Origin: Callorhinchus milii
Lineage: Eukaryota
Direction of reading: 5' to 3'
Assembly (NCBI RefSeq): GCF_018977255.1
Contig: NW_024704743.1
Span: forward strand, 12,464,001-12,528,000
DNA length: 64,000 nt
In this document: positions 14,401 through 27,123 of the stretch, in pieces
Layout of the letters: each line of letters opens with the position of its first letter
How positions within the stretch are numbered: position 1 is the first letter of the stretch
Position numbers and translations under genes: made by a program
The notes under the pieces: generated by a model
Told to the model about the DNA's origin: nothing
Databases searched by the model: none
The model's input: the letters and a program-made list of their open reading frames with translations, nothing else

Positions 14401-15170
14401 CCGGAATTAGGTAAGTGGGATGTGTCCTTCCAGGGAGAGAGTGCACATTCCATTCCAGCAATCTATCGCTGGGTGTTGTGTATGGGTTAAGCATAGGTTT
14501 TCGCATGTGTCAGACATCCGGCTGACCAAAAAAAATAACATTTATGGAAAGCAGGAACAAGCTCAATGGTGTTGTCATGTCATTTCCATTTAAATGACCA
14601 AGTAGAACTTACCCTACACATAACCATTCTGACAGTAGAGGGTTTCACTTTTTTTTAGTACAAAATGGAATTAATTTCCAGAAAATAATGTACGTTTGTA
14701 TTGTAATTAATGTGACTTTCTTGGAATTACCCACATACTGAGCAAAAAACAGTCCTTTATTCAGTTCTTACTAAACAAAATGTGTGTAGATTTTTAAAAG
14801 AAATTAATTGGTGTTCAGAAAATGATTAATAATTAACGGACATGAACATTTTACAGGTACTTTTAATTATTCTCGTTACAATCTAGTGTTACCAAATTCA
14901 CAACATTCATCTTCAGTCTAATTAAAGATATATGCGAAAGGTTTTATTGCGACACTATAGTAATTCCCCTGGTACTAGAGACAAAGCACCTACTCACTGC
15001 GTACAGTTTGCATACAGTTCACTGCAGAGGAGACCCACGAGAATGATCCCCAGTGTTATAGGAATGAGCTTTGATCTGGGCCAATAAAAAAATGTGGAAA
15101 TATTTGCCCAAAATTATGGGGCATTTGGCACATTTTGCAGGTTGATTGATGCTAGTGAGAGATGCATTTT

Positions 15171-15545
15171 ATAATAATAATTATCCTTGCATTTGATATA
15201 GCGCCTTGTCACATCTTCGAGGTGTCTCAAAGCACTTCACAGAATATACCGTAAAGTGAGTTGACTGTATATTTTGTGGCGAAATGCGACAGCCAATTCC
15301 ACACAGCAGTGTCCCACAAACAGTTGTAGATTGAGTGACCAATTTATTATTATTACTTTTTTGAAGGAATTATTACCCCAGAAAAGCAATCTGCCAATCG
15401 ACTAACAACCAGGTTCCTACTTACTGCTAGGTAAACAGGTACGTGGAGTAAGGAAACTTGCCCAACCTTTTCACCCTGCCTGGAATCGAACTAAAGTCTC
15501 TCACTTGTGAGGCGAGTGCTCTAACCATTGAGCTGCAGGACTCCA
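15171..15545 (-). mobile_element. Full-length tRNA-derived SINE (family A) with a Deu-like 3' core and L2-like tail
   Basis: Minus strand: A box CAGCTCAATGG, B box AGTTCGATTCC, central ctgtttacctagcagtaagtaggaacc block, ctgtttgtgggacactgctgtg core, and tail aggcgctatatcaaatgcaagga(tta)n. Confidence 0.88.
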
Positions 15546-15823
15546 CATGAGGTGACTCCATTTTGTGAAACAACCCGGATTAAAACTATAGGCATATATT
15601 TCCTGAACATGTAGTTATGTTTAAAATACTAAAATGTTAATTTGAATAGTACAGCACTTAGCAAGAATTTGTCGCAGGAGCTCAGTTTAGGCCACAGGTG
15701 CCGGGCAAAGCCAATTTCCTGCTCGCGCCGCTTCTGCAATCACAACACTCCCTGCGTTACGCACATGTGACTGGAGCCGCTTTACCCTCAGTAGCAGCGT
15801 CGAGCAAACAGCACGAGAGGATC

Positions 15824-16120
15824 GGGGTCTAGCACACTGTGCGTACAGGTGTGTAGCTGGGTCTACCACACCATGTGTACAGGTGTGTAGTGGGGCCTAG
15901 CACACTGTACAGGTGTGTAGCAGGACCTAACACACTGTGTACAGGTGTGTAGCAGGGCCTAGCACACTGTGTGAAGAGGTGTGTAGCGGGACCTAGCACA
16001 CTGTGTGTACAAGTGTGTAGCGGGGCCTAGCACACTGTGTACAGGTTTCTAACAGGACCTAGCACACTGTGTGTACAGGTGTGAGTGGGGCCCATCACAC
16101 GTGTGTACAGGTTTGTAGTG
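15824..16120. repeat. Minisatellite, ~31-33 bp unit (ctagcacactgtgtacaggtgtgtagcggggc), ~9 copies
   Basis: Direct inspection. Confidence 0.9.
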
Positions 16121-16513
16121 GGAGGGGAGTGTTTGCAGTGCATTTATGGCAGAGGAGGGAGCTTGCAGTGGCTTCCATGGAAAAAGTGTAGCTGCACTTT
16201 TCTATCGGCACAGACTATAAGCAATAATTAGACAGCCTTTCTTCAGTCTCGAAAGGTGATGTCTCAAAGGGACCTTATAGAGGTGTAAAAAAGTTAAAAT
16301 GGGATTCAAAATATAGGCCCAGACATCACTTGATGATGCACCAAGACTTTAGAGTTATAAAGGGCAATCACAGGACAGACATCAGGAAGTGTTTCTTTCC
16401 TCAGGGTAGTTAATGCCTGGAACAGATTGCCTGGAAGAGAGGTTGAGGCCAGGACACTGGACTCATTTAAAGATGATACTGTGCTAAGACAACTGTAGAG
16501 TGGCTGTTCTTCC

Positions 16514-16737
16514 AGGGGATACTGCTGGAATTAACAAGCTTCCCACTGCCTCACCAGAAATCATCTAATAAGTGGATGTTTACAAGCAATTCTTCCAGAA
16601 TGCAATTAAATAGATTAAAGGGCCTTTTCAATCCAAACTAATCTTCTGATCTCTGGGCCAACTGCTTGTAAAAATCCACTTATTAGATGATTTCCTGTGA
16701 GGCAGTGGGAAGCTTGTTAATTCTAGCAGTATCCCCT
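16514..16737. repeat. Inverted repeat with 78-bp arms (16514-16591 and 16660-16737)
   Basis: Manual alignment gives 5 mismatches in 78 bp and a 68-nt spacer. Confidence 0.9.
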
Positions 16738-17741
16738 AATACACACTCTAGGGTCTCCATTCTTTGGCTCTGGCCAACCTGCATCTAATACTCTTTCGGA
16801 ATTAGATAAGCAGGGTGCGTCCCTCCAAGGAGAGATTGCGCCTTCCATTTCCGGACACAGAAATGTCTATGTTGTGTAGATGGCATGCATATGTGGAGCT
16901 CTGACTGGTTTAGAGACTGCTAAGCAGGTGATGGTCGTCCACAAGTCTCAGAAACACCTGGCTGACCACTGTAACACAAATCAAGAGACCGTGGAAGAAC
17001 TAATCCGTTCTGAGTTCAGAGTTCTTTATTTTACCATCAAAAATCACGTCAAAAAATTGCTGGGATTTTTGTTTTTGCTGATGTATTTAGCAGTAGATTT
17101 CAAAACTCAACCAACAGTATGGTTCAACAATTAATAGATTTAGAATGATAACAAAAATGTGATTCTTATAAGTAAGGAATGTCACTTTAAAATTAGCCTC
17201 CATCCAAATGTTAGATGAACAGAGACTGGTATGTGTCTCGCTTTATATTGGAAGCTACTATTCATGTAATTTTATTTCAATTGTGCAATGTATATCAGCA
17301 GAAAATGTTAGTATAGTTATAATAACAATAATCCTTGCATTTGATATAGTGTCTTTCGGGGGGATGTCTTAAAATGCTTCATATGATTTACAGTATAGTT
17401 ACTGTGTATTTTATAAGTAAGCAATTTGTGCACAGCAATGTCCCACATAACAGCTCAGTGAATAACCAATTTCATCTGAAGGATTGATCACCGGATGGCA
17501 CACCGCCAATGCAAAGAGCTCCAAGACATTATTCTACATGAAAGACGCTAGATAATATATGTTCTTGTTGTTGCCATTTAACTCATTGCTGTTTGTGGGA
17601 TGTTACTGTTGTACAAAAGATGCTATGTTTGCTTATATCACCATAATTATACTTCAACATAACTCGCTCGCTGCATGAAAAACTTTGAAACAATCAGAAT
17701 GAGAAGGCGAGAAGTCCATTTATTATTGTCATTCATTCTAG

Positions 17742-17907
17742 ATCTCTGAGATGCCAAAGCCTGCCTTTATGAAGAAAACACTGGAGGAACTGGGGATAGG
17801 AACGTACCTTAATATTGCCTTTATCCATCCAAACACTCCTATTATAAAAGCCCTGAGTATATTTGTGGAAAGGAGGGTTTCTGCCTTGCCCGTTGTGGAT
17901 GTATCAG
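17742..17907 (+). CDS. PRKAG2: AMPK gamma-2 exon, CBS3 ([55 protein letters not shown])
   Basis: cattctag acceptor, gttggt donor, 166 bp, open frame. Confidence 0.96.
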
Positions 17908-19766
17908 GTTGGTGAATCTTAATGTTGTGCGTGATGTAGACATGCAGTGCTATAAATGATATTCTGAACAAAATAATTATGCATCAATATCCAGGATTAT
18001 TTTACATTATTTTATACTATTATTTGATCATCTTTTTCCAGGAAGCATGCCAAGTATCTGTGTACCTATCACCCAGTATCAATCCTAGTCAAGCGAAGCA
18101 GCTTTTTGTGCATATGGGGAAAATTTCTTACCAGCAGAGAGTGCCAAACATAACTTCTTCATAATCATCCCACAAATAACTGGTCTATCTGGCGGGCCGC
18201 ATCCGATTTCATAACCCGTTTACGTTATGTTTCTGGTACGGAAACACAAAAATATTGCTTTTAAGTGGTGTAAAGATGTTTCTCAAATAGAGCATCTGGC
18301 CCTCAGCACCCAAAAGGTTGGACTACCCAGGGATAGGCCTTGTCATTTCTTTAAATCATTTCATTCACTCAATGCAGTATTAAGGGTATGCTGCATTATC
18401 AGAGGTACCGTCCTACGAATAAGACGTTAAACTGAGGTGCCGTCTGTGTGTTCAGGTTTACATTAAAGATCCAGTGCACTACTTGAAAAGAGGACTGTCC
18501 TGGACAATAATCTCCCAGATAAAATTAGTCATTCACTTCATGGCTGTTTGTGGAACATTGTTGTGCACAAATTGGCTGTCGCTTTTGCCTATACAGTACA
18601 GTCTCTGTACAGTAAAATCCTTTTGAGTATTATTATTTATTAACAAGCAAACTTGATGTTCTCAACTGTCTTATACATTGTATCTCTGATATAATGTGGT
18701 CGATATCCATAAAATCCCAATGAAACACAATAGCTGGTTTCACTCCTGCCAGCAAGTTCCTGCGCTAAAAAAACTCTGACTTCCAGGGCATCAGGTCACA
18801 GCCATCGTTACTTCCTGTGTGCAAAGCAGGAAGTGATGCGGTGACGACCTGATGATTATAGAGCGAAAACTAGCAGGCAAACGAGAGCGGGTTAGATGCA
18901 GCATGTGTAGTGAATGAGGTCCACAGTGCAACCACTTAACCAAAACTACTATAAGGAAGCCCATTATAAGAACTGCACTACGTTATGAGATTACAGTAAT
19001 TACAGTTTAAAACTTTTCTTCTCATTTTCTTCATGTGTCTCATCAATGTGAGTACTCATGTTAGACTATGGTTCCACTGAATGCCGGCAGTCCCCAGCTA
19101 CCACAGCCAATCGGCCATTTTCCAGTAGCTGAAAAAGTGCTGAGGGAACAACACAGCCAGTTAAAGTTGTGTCCTTGCTCAGCATCCATTGCGTGTGCTT
19201 CCATTAGTGATCAGGTGCAGAAACCTTGGCTGACTTTTCTCAGCCGCAACCTCAGTAGAGTGAAGCGCTCTGTTCACTGCCGTGGTTGAGATCAGCTAGC
19301 TAAGCGCAGATAAAAACAGGCATTTCCTTGGCTGTATGCCTGAGCACCTCACCACATGTTGAATTTCCTTATGATCTAGTTTGGAGAGCTTCAAAGGAAC
19401 ACTTTTTTAAAAAAATCGCAATTAAGGATATCTCCATCTGAGATCTGCACAATATTACCTTTACTTGGAAGAAATCATAATAGTAACTTAATGAAGCATT
19501 ATTTTGTTGCATGTTACTTTTATATCTTACGAGTTTCAGGAAATATCTATACTTGGCATTTTGTAGTTAATAGCTATCTGCACTTCCTGTTTGTCAGTTT
19601 CATATTATTGAGGAAAGAATTGGCTCAGAACATAATTTTGGTCCTCTGCATATAACAGGAAGCATCTTAGAGTATTTGACTTGGTGTAGAATTGAGGATA
19701 TTTTTTTTTCTATAGGAATTGGGAACTCTAGAACATCCTTCACATAACATTTTTTTTCTTTTGCAG

Positions 19767-19804
19767 GGAAAGTTGTAGATATTTATTCGAAATTTGATGT
19801 TATA
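19767..19804 (+). CDS. PRKAG2: AMPK gamma-2 exon (GKVVDIYSKFDVI)
   Basis: Long T-tract plus gcag acceptor, gtaagt donor, 38 bp. Confidence 0.96.
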
Positions 19805-20932
19805 GTAAGTATAACTCCTCAAGTTTCATTCAATATTTCTTATGTACACAATTTTTAAAAAAATCTTTGGAGTGCTGAGCATGCTTTGCAGCTTTCAAAC
19901 AATGGACCTTCAAGTATCTGAACAACATTGTTGTGGTAATGCAATTTGGTAACAGAATATTTTGATTCTCAGAAACAAAGCAGTTTCACTTTATTATTCC
20001 ATTAGCTAGTGCATGAGTAGTAATAACCCCATTCCGAAGTACGTCTTAAAAGTTACCAGTGTTGGGTGAGAAAACAGCTTAAAAAAAGTTTTAAAGGAGA
20101 ATTCCTTTTCACCTAATACCTCTGCCAATTTCATACTCGAAAAGGGGAGTTTCTCCTGTAGTCCTGGCCAACAACCCCCCGGATAACATGGGTTATTCAC
20201 TTCATGGCTGTTTGGAGATTATTGCTGTGCACATTGCTGCCGCATTTGTCTACAAAATAGATGCTCCACTTTGCAGTGTATCCTGTGAAGTACTTTGAAA
20301 CGTCTTGCCGACGTGAAAAGCACCGTGTCAGATGCAACGATTATTTTTACTTCATTCCCATTTCCCTCTAAACCATTCAGTTGATTGTATATTCATAGCC
20401 TTTTGAGGCATTGCATTGTCCATATTCTCTCATGCATTTGTGGATTCATTTTTAACTGCTTTAGCTGTAATTTTAAGATCAATCTCTGTAATTTTAAAAT
20501 CAATCCCTGTAATTTTAAAATCCCTGGATTGTTCTACTGGAGGCAAGTCAATCCCCCTATTATCTCATGAATTTTACATTTATTCTACATTTTAAAAGTG
20601 ATTTTGCAAATGTTGACCATCCAGAATCTCAGTATTGGCTAAGTAATATTTAAATGCTTCCAATGGGAATGTTAGCGTAATCTCTCTGTGGGTGAGAAGG
20701 TGGAAGGAATATTTCACAACAGTTGAGGGTTTGCATCTCGAATCCACTTCTACCACATCAGATCATGGAAGAAGCATGGGGCTGTTGTGGGAGGCCACAG
20801 CTCCTCAATGGCAGCATGGTGAAAATAGGTCAGTGTCGAAATTGAGTTGCTGTCCTTCTCAGGGTTTAATATTCAAACAAAATAAGTCTTGAAAGCACAA
20901 GCGTTAAAATGGAGGTTTTATTTCTATCTCAG

Positions 20933-21079
20933 AATCTTGCTGCTGAGAAGACGTACAATAATCTGGATATCACTGTAACGCAAGCACTGCGGCACCGCTC
21001 TCAGTATTTTGAAGGGGTTGTGCAGTGTCACAGGCTGGAATCACTGGAAACGACAGTGGACAGGATAGTCAAAGCTGAG
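20933..21079 (+). CDS. PRKAG2: AMPK gamma-2 exon ([49 protein letters not shown])
   Basis: ctatctcag acceptor, gtaagg donor, 147 bp; visible inside ORF 20909..21100. Confidence 0.97.
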
Positions 21080-22402
21080 GTAAGGGACTTCATGAGCTAA
21101 TATTTGATTGTTTCTAATGAGAATGTTAGCGTATTAACATGTGTACAGAACATATTGAAAAATGTTAGCACATCAACAATGGCTAGGTGCATAATTTTCT
21201 TTATCTGCAGAATTGTAAATTTTTCTGTAACACCTTCATTTTTTTCTGCTACAGGCAACTTTTCATTCCTTCTTTATATTTTAATGCTAATGCACTTCTT
21301 AGGTATGCAGTTTCACTTCAAAATGTTATCATAAGACATAAGCACACTTATGTCTGTTGTGATGGCCTGCTTGAATCTCATGGTGTATTGGACATTGATG
21401 TATGTGGGTTTACGTACACCCCAGTGCAATGCTGGGTGAGCGCTACATTGCCAGCTTCAGATGATATCATAAACTGAGGTCTTGTCTGCCTATTCAGGCG
21501 GATTTTAAAGATTACTATGACAGTACTCAAAAAGAGAAAGGAATTTCTCCCGGTGTCCTAGCCAGGAATCCCCCACCAAATAAAGTGGTCATTTGATTCA
21601 TGGTTGTGTGCAAATTGTCTGCTGTGTTTGCCTACAAAATACATGATACTCCACTATACTGCATATTTTGCTGTAAAACACTTTGAGACATCTACTCGGT
21701 ATGAAAGGTGCTATATTAAATGTAAGGATTATACATATGTGATTTGTTTTAATAGAAATTTTAATTTCCAAAATTTTAGTTCATTGTTCTTGTCACATGA
21801 ACTAACTAAAATTATCTTAATCCTAGCTGAAGGAGTTTGGGGTTCCAGTATTCATGGTACTGTAACTCAGAGCTGTGTAATGTTCACTAGAGCGCACAAT
21901 CTAGGCTGATAATGAATCCAGTGCAGTGCTGGGCTGGGAATGTGCTGCATTACTGGATGTACAATCCCTCAGATCGTTACATGTTAAACTTCTGCCTGTT
22001 CCGGTGGACATTAAGATCCCATGACACTAATCAAAAAGAGAAAGGATTTTTTCCTGGTATCCTGGCTAACAATTCCCCCAAATAAAATTGGTCACTCACT
22101 TACCTCATGGGTAATGGGACATTTGCTGTGCTCAAATCTTGTGTTCGCCTATAAAGTACACAGTACAGTTCATAGCAAATCTTGTGAAGGGCTTTGAGAT
22201 GTCCACCCAATGAGAAAGATGCCGTATAATAATCCCTACATTTGATTTAGCGCTTTCATGTCAGGAGGATGTTTCAAAGCATATTTTCAAATACAAGAAT
22301 TAACATTAGCTTTCTTTTATCTTGTTTTCTTGTGTGGTTCATGCACTGACCTTTGATACACTTAATAATAATAATGGTTTACTTTAAATTTTTGCCTTTC
22401 AG

Positions 22403-22496
22403 GTCCATCGACTCGTAGTGGTTGATGAGAAAGAAAGCATTGTGGGCATCGTCTCATTGTCTGACATTCTTCAGGCTCTTGTTCTCACACCAGCAG
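22403..22496 (+). CDS. PRKAG2: AMPK gamma-2 penultimate exon, CBS4 ([31 protein letters not shown])
   Basis: gcctttcag acceptor, 94 bp, donor CAG|gtatag. Unspliced read-through gives GIDALYS* (TAA 22517-22519). Confidence 0.96.
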
Positions 22497-23289
22497 GTAT
22501 AGATGCACTTTATTCCTAAGCACCTGAAGTCTGACCACTGATCCCTTCCTCAGAGCACTCAGGTAGGGTACAGCATGGCATGTTGTACCCATTCAGCTTG
22601 CTGAATCAGCATTGGCTGCCAGAAACCCCTATGCTATCTGCTGAGTGATAAACAGCGTTTTGCACGGTCAAAAAGGTGAAACTGCTTTGACGTATTGTTC
22701 TGCAACAGTTTCTCAAGACCAGGATAGATGCAAAGCTGGACAAAGTGGCTTGTGCTGCTGTACATTCTACTTATTTTGCAAGTGAGTTGAACATTCTTAA
22801 AATCCTGCTTTATGATGGTACAAGTTGACCACCACAATCCAATCTGTGCTTCATCAGATTGATGCAAAATTGATCATTAAAACCTGGAATCTCCATGTGT
22901 AGTTGGGATCCATGGAATTCTCAGTTTGGTTTGGATACTCTTAAGCATGGTGATGGGTTTCTGCATGTGCCTGACAACCGACTGACCAACAAAAAAGACA
23001 CTTGCATGATATATGCAATTTGCTTACGTCTATGTCACTAGTAAGTCACTATAATCGATGCATTTCTGTCCTGTACAAGAGAACCCTATATATCTCTCAA
23101 CTGAGAATAATTTTAATTGAGTTTCCATTTTCAGTTGTATCATTCTCACAGAGAGTGATACAGTTTTCAATATTTCTTAAGCACAGAAAAACTGTCTGTG
23201 GAGGAGCCATGTTCAGTCAGCACACAATCTGCTATAAGACAAAGTTAGGTAGTAGTGCAACAAATTGCATTTATATATTATATAATTAT

Positions 23290-24960
23290 TATATAGATAA
23301 CACCTTTCACATCGGGAGACTGTCCCAAGGTGCTGGATAGTTGATAATTTGTACCCAAGATGGGGGTTGGATTTGGGAAGTATGGGGGCCAAGGGAGTTG
23401 AGAAAATGACTGTGGTCAGAGGAAAATCTTGAGACAGACCTTGAAGAAGTTGAGGGAAAGAGCAAGGTGAAGGGACTCCAGGATGGAGGTACAGAGAATG
23501 TCTGAAACCAGATTATAGATTCTATATGAAAGCCTGAATGCCAATCAATGATGGTGGGGTGGGCAGGGTGGGGGACATGAAGTAGGACGAGGGTCTTGAA
23601 CTCGATTCTCTGGGAATAGGAAGCTAGTGGAGCCGGGAAAGGATGGGGGTGATAGGCTTGTGGAGCAAGTGTGGGAGAGGACATGAACTGCAGAGTTCTG
23701 AATGGTGTGTGGAGGGAAGAGTTGGGAAGTCTGGCGAGCAGAGTTGGCGTAGTCTAGCCTGTACGTGATACGGAGAGCGGCAGCCTGAGGGGAGAAGTAG
23801 TAGAGGAGGCGGAAGATATTGAAGAGGTGGGGGAAAGCTGAACAGGTCAAGGCACAGATTTGGAGTTTGACAGTTGGGAGTCGAATAAACCACAGAGCTT
23901 CCGCACTGACTCCATTGAGCCTATATGCATTTAAATTTTACATTAAACCAATGGTCCTGCCCTTCAGTGTATAATTGTTTTTGAGCTTCCTCCTTGCAAT
24001 CTTCAAACCAGAAACAGCATAATTGGAGAATTTGCAGTGATCTGGATCACATCACATGAAGTGACCATTAACTCTATAGTATCTTTTCTTTCTCTTCTCC
24101 CCACCCCCCCAGCAGAAATGAATACGTTTCTTTGGCTAAAAATAATCACTACACTTTGCAGTAAATCTTTTCTTTGAGAGGTTCATGCCATAACCCGTTC
24201 TGCTTAACCCCACCTCCAAAACATCACCCAGCTACGCCACAGCCTATCCCCTCATGCCGCCGAGACCCTCATCATTCATTAAACCTATGCTCGACTAAGC
24301 CAGCTTGTTGGCCTTCCCATCTCTTCCCTCCACGAGCTGCAGATATTTCAGAACTCTGCAGCTTGTTTCCTCTCCCACACCAGGCTCCGTGACCCCATCA
24401 CGGGGCCCATCCCTCAGATACAGTTCCTCACCTTTAAATCCCTCCATGGCCTTGCTCCTTCCTACTTCTGTGACATGCTAACTCCATATCGACCTGTCCG
24501 CTCAGCAGCCTGCTCCATGTCCCCTGTCTGGCGCATACCACCGTCAGCGGTCGGAACTTCAGCTTCTCTGCCCCAACCCTTTGGAACTCTATCTCACATT
24601 CCCTTTGCCTTGCTCCCTTCCTTGTCCCCTTCAAGTCCCGCCTCAAGACCCTCTCCTCTTCGACCACCTCCCCTCCCCACCCCGACCCCAGCTCGGGTCT
24701 GAAATGCTGTACTCTGTCCTTGGGACGTCCTCCCGACATGAGAGGTGCTCTACAAATGTAATCTTGTTGTTGTTGTTCAAGGTCTGTCTCAAGACCCTCG
24801 TCTTTGACCGGGCCTTCGGTCACCCTTCTACCCCTACCCTTCCTGCCCTCCACCCCACCTGATTCCAACCGCCTGATTCCAACCCCCTGCTAGGGTCCAA
24901 ATCCCTGACTGTCCAGCTCCTGACGTGAAAGGCGCTATACAAATGTAATTTGTTGTTGTT
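23290..24960. mobile_element. Cluster of decayed L2 3' fragments in both orientations
   Basis: YRLDYA and QRIEFK remnants (minus strand, 23290-23900) and stacked tails (plus strand, 24270-24960). Confidence 0.75.
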
Positions 24961-25013
24961 TGGATAATGCGATAAAGAACTATATTAAATGCAAAGATTA
25001 TTATTACTAGGTA

Positions 25014-25775
25014 CTAGCTGTACCCGTTGCAGCTACCTACACTTGTAACTAAAGAATCAAATACAGAATGTAGATTTTATGTGATACCACTTACAAACCA
25101 CATACATGCCATAAATACTGTGTGTACACCTTGCATGCCTTTCTGCGTTGAAGTCAGGCAATGCTGTTCTTTGAGCGGGCAATTCATTTTGCCGTGTTCT
25201 TGCATGCCTTTCTGCGTCGAGGTCCAGCCGTGCTGTTCTTTGAGTGGGCAACTCACTTTGCCTTGCTCTTGCAGTCTTTTCAGTATTAAAGTCTAGCCAT
25301 GCTGTTCTTTGTTCTTCAGTTTCATTCAATCGGCCTTCTCTCTTCTGTCTTGCATTTTTATTTGTCCTTGAAAAGCTTGATCTTCCCTTTTTAAGCATCT
25401 TCCCTTAAGATTAAGTGGGAGCACTCCTGTTCGTAGGACTCCTGGTTGGGAGGACTCCTTTTGGGAGGACTGTAGCTCCCATGACAGCCCGAAAAAACTG
25501 ACATACATTTGTTGCAGAATTTTTGTAGATGTATTTTTGTAGAAGGGTGTGTGCTACTTTGTTGCAGAATATCATGCCTACCTCATATTTTGGGGCTTAA
25601 TTAAAGCATTTTTTAAATATAGCTCATCAACAATATCCGAACAAAAAATGCCCATGACACTGCCGCATGCAAGACCTTTCCGATTAGGTATAAATCATGT
25701 CTCTATGTCGATCGGTTATGGCGTTACTGGCAGAGACACAGATACACACGCAGACAATATATCTTTACATTTATA
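25014..25775 (-). mobile_element. Non-autonomous Helitron-like element with STPR-type 23-aa repeats
   Basis: The minus-strand 3' end reads GCAACGGGTACAGCTAG|T. ORF 25057..25398(-) has a basic N-terminus and three 23-aa E-x-x-x-QRTA repeats (69-bp DNA unit). The 5' region has a (TGTC/TG)-like simple repeat. Confidence 0.7.
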
Positions 25776-26839
25776 TAGTGCCTTTCATGTCGGGAGGACA
25801 TCCCAAGGTGGTGAACAGTCCAAGGTTTGCACCTGAGTTGAGGTTGGGGCTGAGGTTGAACAGTTTTAGTATTCAAGAGATCATTAGCAATTAAAGCACC
25901 TTCAGGTTATATGAAAGATGAGACTAAAACTGACTTTTTGCAGGACTTAAGTGTAAAGCTTTCAAACCAGTGAAGACACATTTCTTTTTCAATTAAAATT
26001 AAGCTTTAGCTTTGAACACATGTTCATTTATTGTATATGTATCTGTACAAAGAAAGCAATATTGGCCATAGCATAAAGTATTTTTATTTTTGAATAAATA
26101 TGATACAATCTTTCAAAGAAAATGCAGCCCAACGAATCTACTCCTTCTTAGAATATATGTTCAGCAAATGTGAACTTGAGTTATCTACAGTTACAACTTG
26201 ATCCATAATGAATGGATTCAGATTGATTCCCGTTTGTTTAACAACAACAAAAACAAATTGCATTTATATAGCGCCTTTCAAGTCAGGAGACACCCAAGGC
26301 ACTGGATAATCAAGGGATTGCACCCGAGTTGTGGGTTGGAATCAAGATGGGTGGAGGGCAAGGGAGATGAGGTGGGAGAATTACCAAAGGCACAGTCAAA
26401 GAGGAAATTATTGAGACAGATCTTGAAGTTGTCAAGGGAGGGGGGAGACACAGGGGATTCTGGGATGGAGTTCCAGAGACTGGGGGCAGAAAGGCTGATC
26501 ATCGATGGTGGGATGGGTAGGGTGGGGAGGGACATGAATAAATATAGTGGAAAAACAATAATAATATAATATAGTCCTTACATTTGATATAGTGCCTTAT
26601 CACATCTTCGAGACGTCTCAAAATGTTTCACAGAATATACTGTAAAGTGAATTGACTGTATATTTTGTGGGTGAAATTCGGCAGCCAATTGGGCATAGCA
26701 GTGTCCCACAAACAGTCATGGATTGAATGACCAAATTATTATTATTTTTTTATTGCCACTATCCAATCAGTGATCTTTGTTTCCTGTCCGAGCTCTTAGG
26801 ACTGTGTTTCAATGGTGCGAAGTGATGCTATATTTCATA

Positions 26840-27123
26840 TACAACAACGACTTGCATTTATTTGGCACCTGCGAGGTAGCCTCCCGGAGTGCTTGACAAT
26901 GGCGGAGTCTGGGATCAAAAAGGAAGGTCTTTAGGCAGGATTTGAAAGTGGGGAGGGAGGGGGCAAAACGGAGGGATTAAAGGACAGAGTTTCAGGGTGT
27001 AGTGGCTGAAGGCACAGCCACTGATAGTGGAGCGATAACAGGAGGCCGGAGCCAGCCGATCGGCGGGAGCGCGTGGTGGAATGGGCGGTAAGCAAACCGG
27101 ATAGGTAGGGAGGTGCGAGTATA
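26840..27123 (-). mobile_element. 3' part of an older L2 interrupted by the young LINE
   Basis: Minus strand reads LAPPYLSGLL...SAGSGLL, with the tail near 26845; the element continues at 30530-30770. Confidence 0.85.

Noticed and set aside
15824..16120. Repeat array as CRISPR-like
   Set aside because: There are no unique spacers; it is a head-to-tail minisatellite in vertebrate DNA.
24085..24180. Pyrimidine tract plus CAGCAG as an extra PRKAG2 exon
   Set aside because: The frame runs into SINE/L2-derived sequence with no similarity to AMPK tails and no clear donor.
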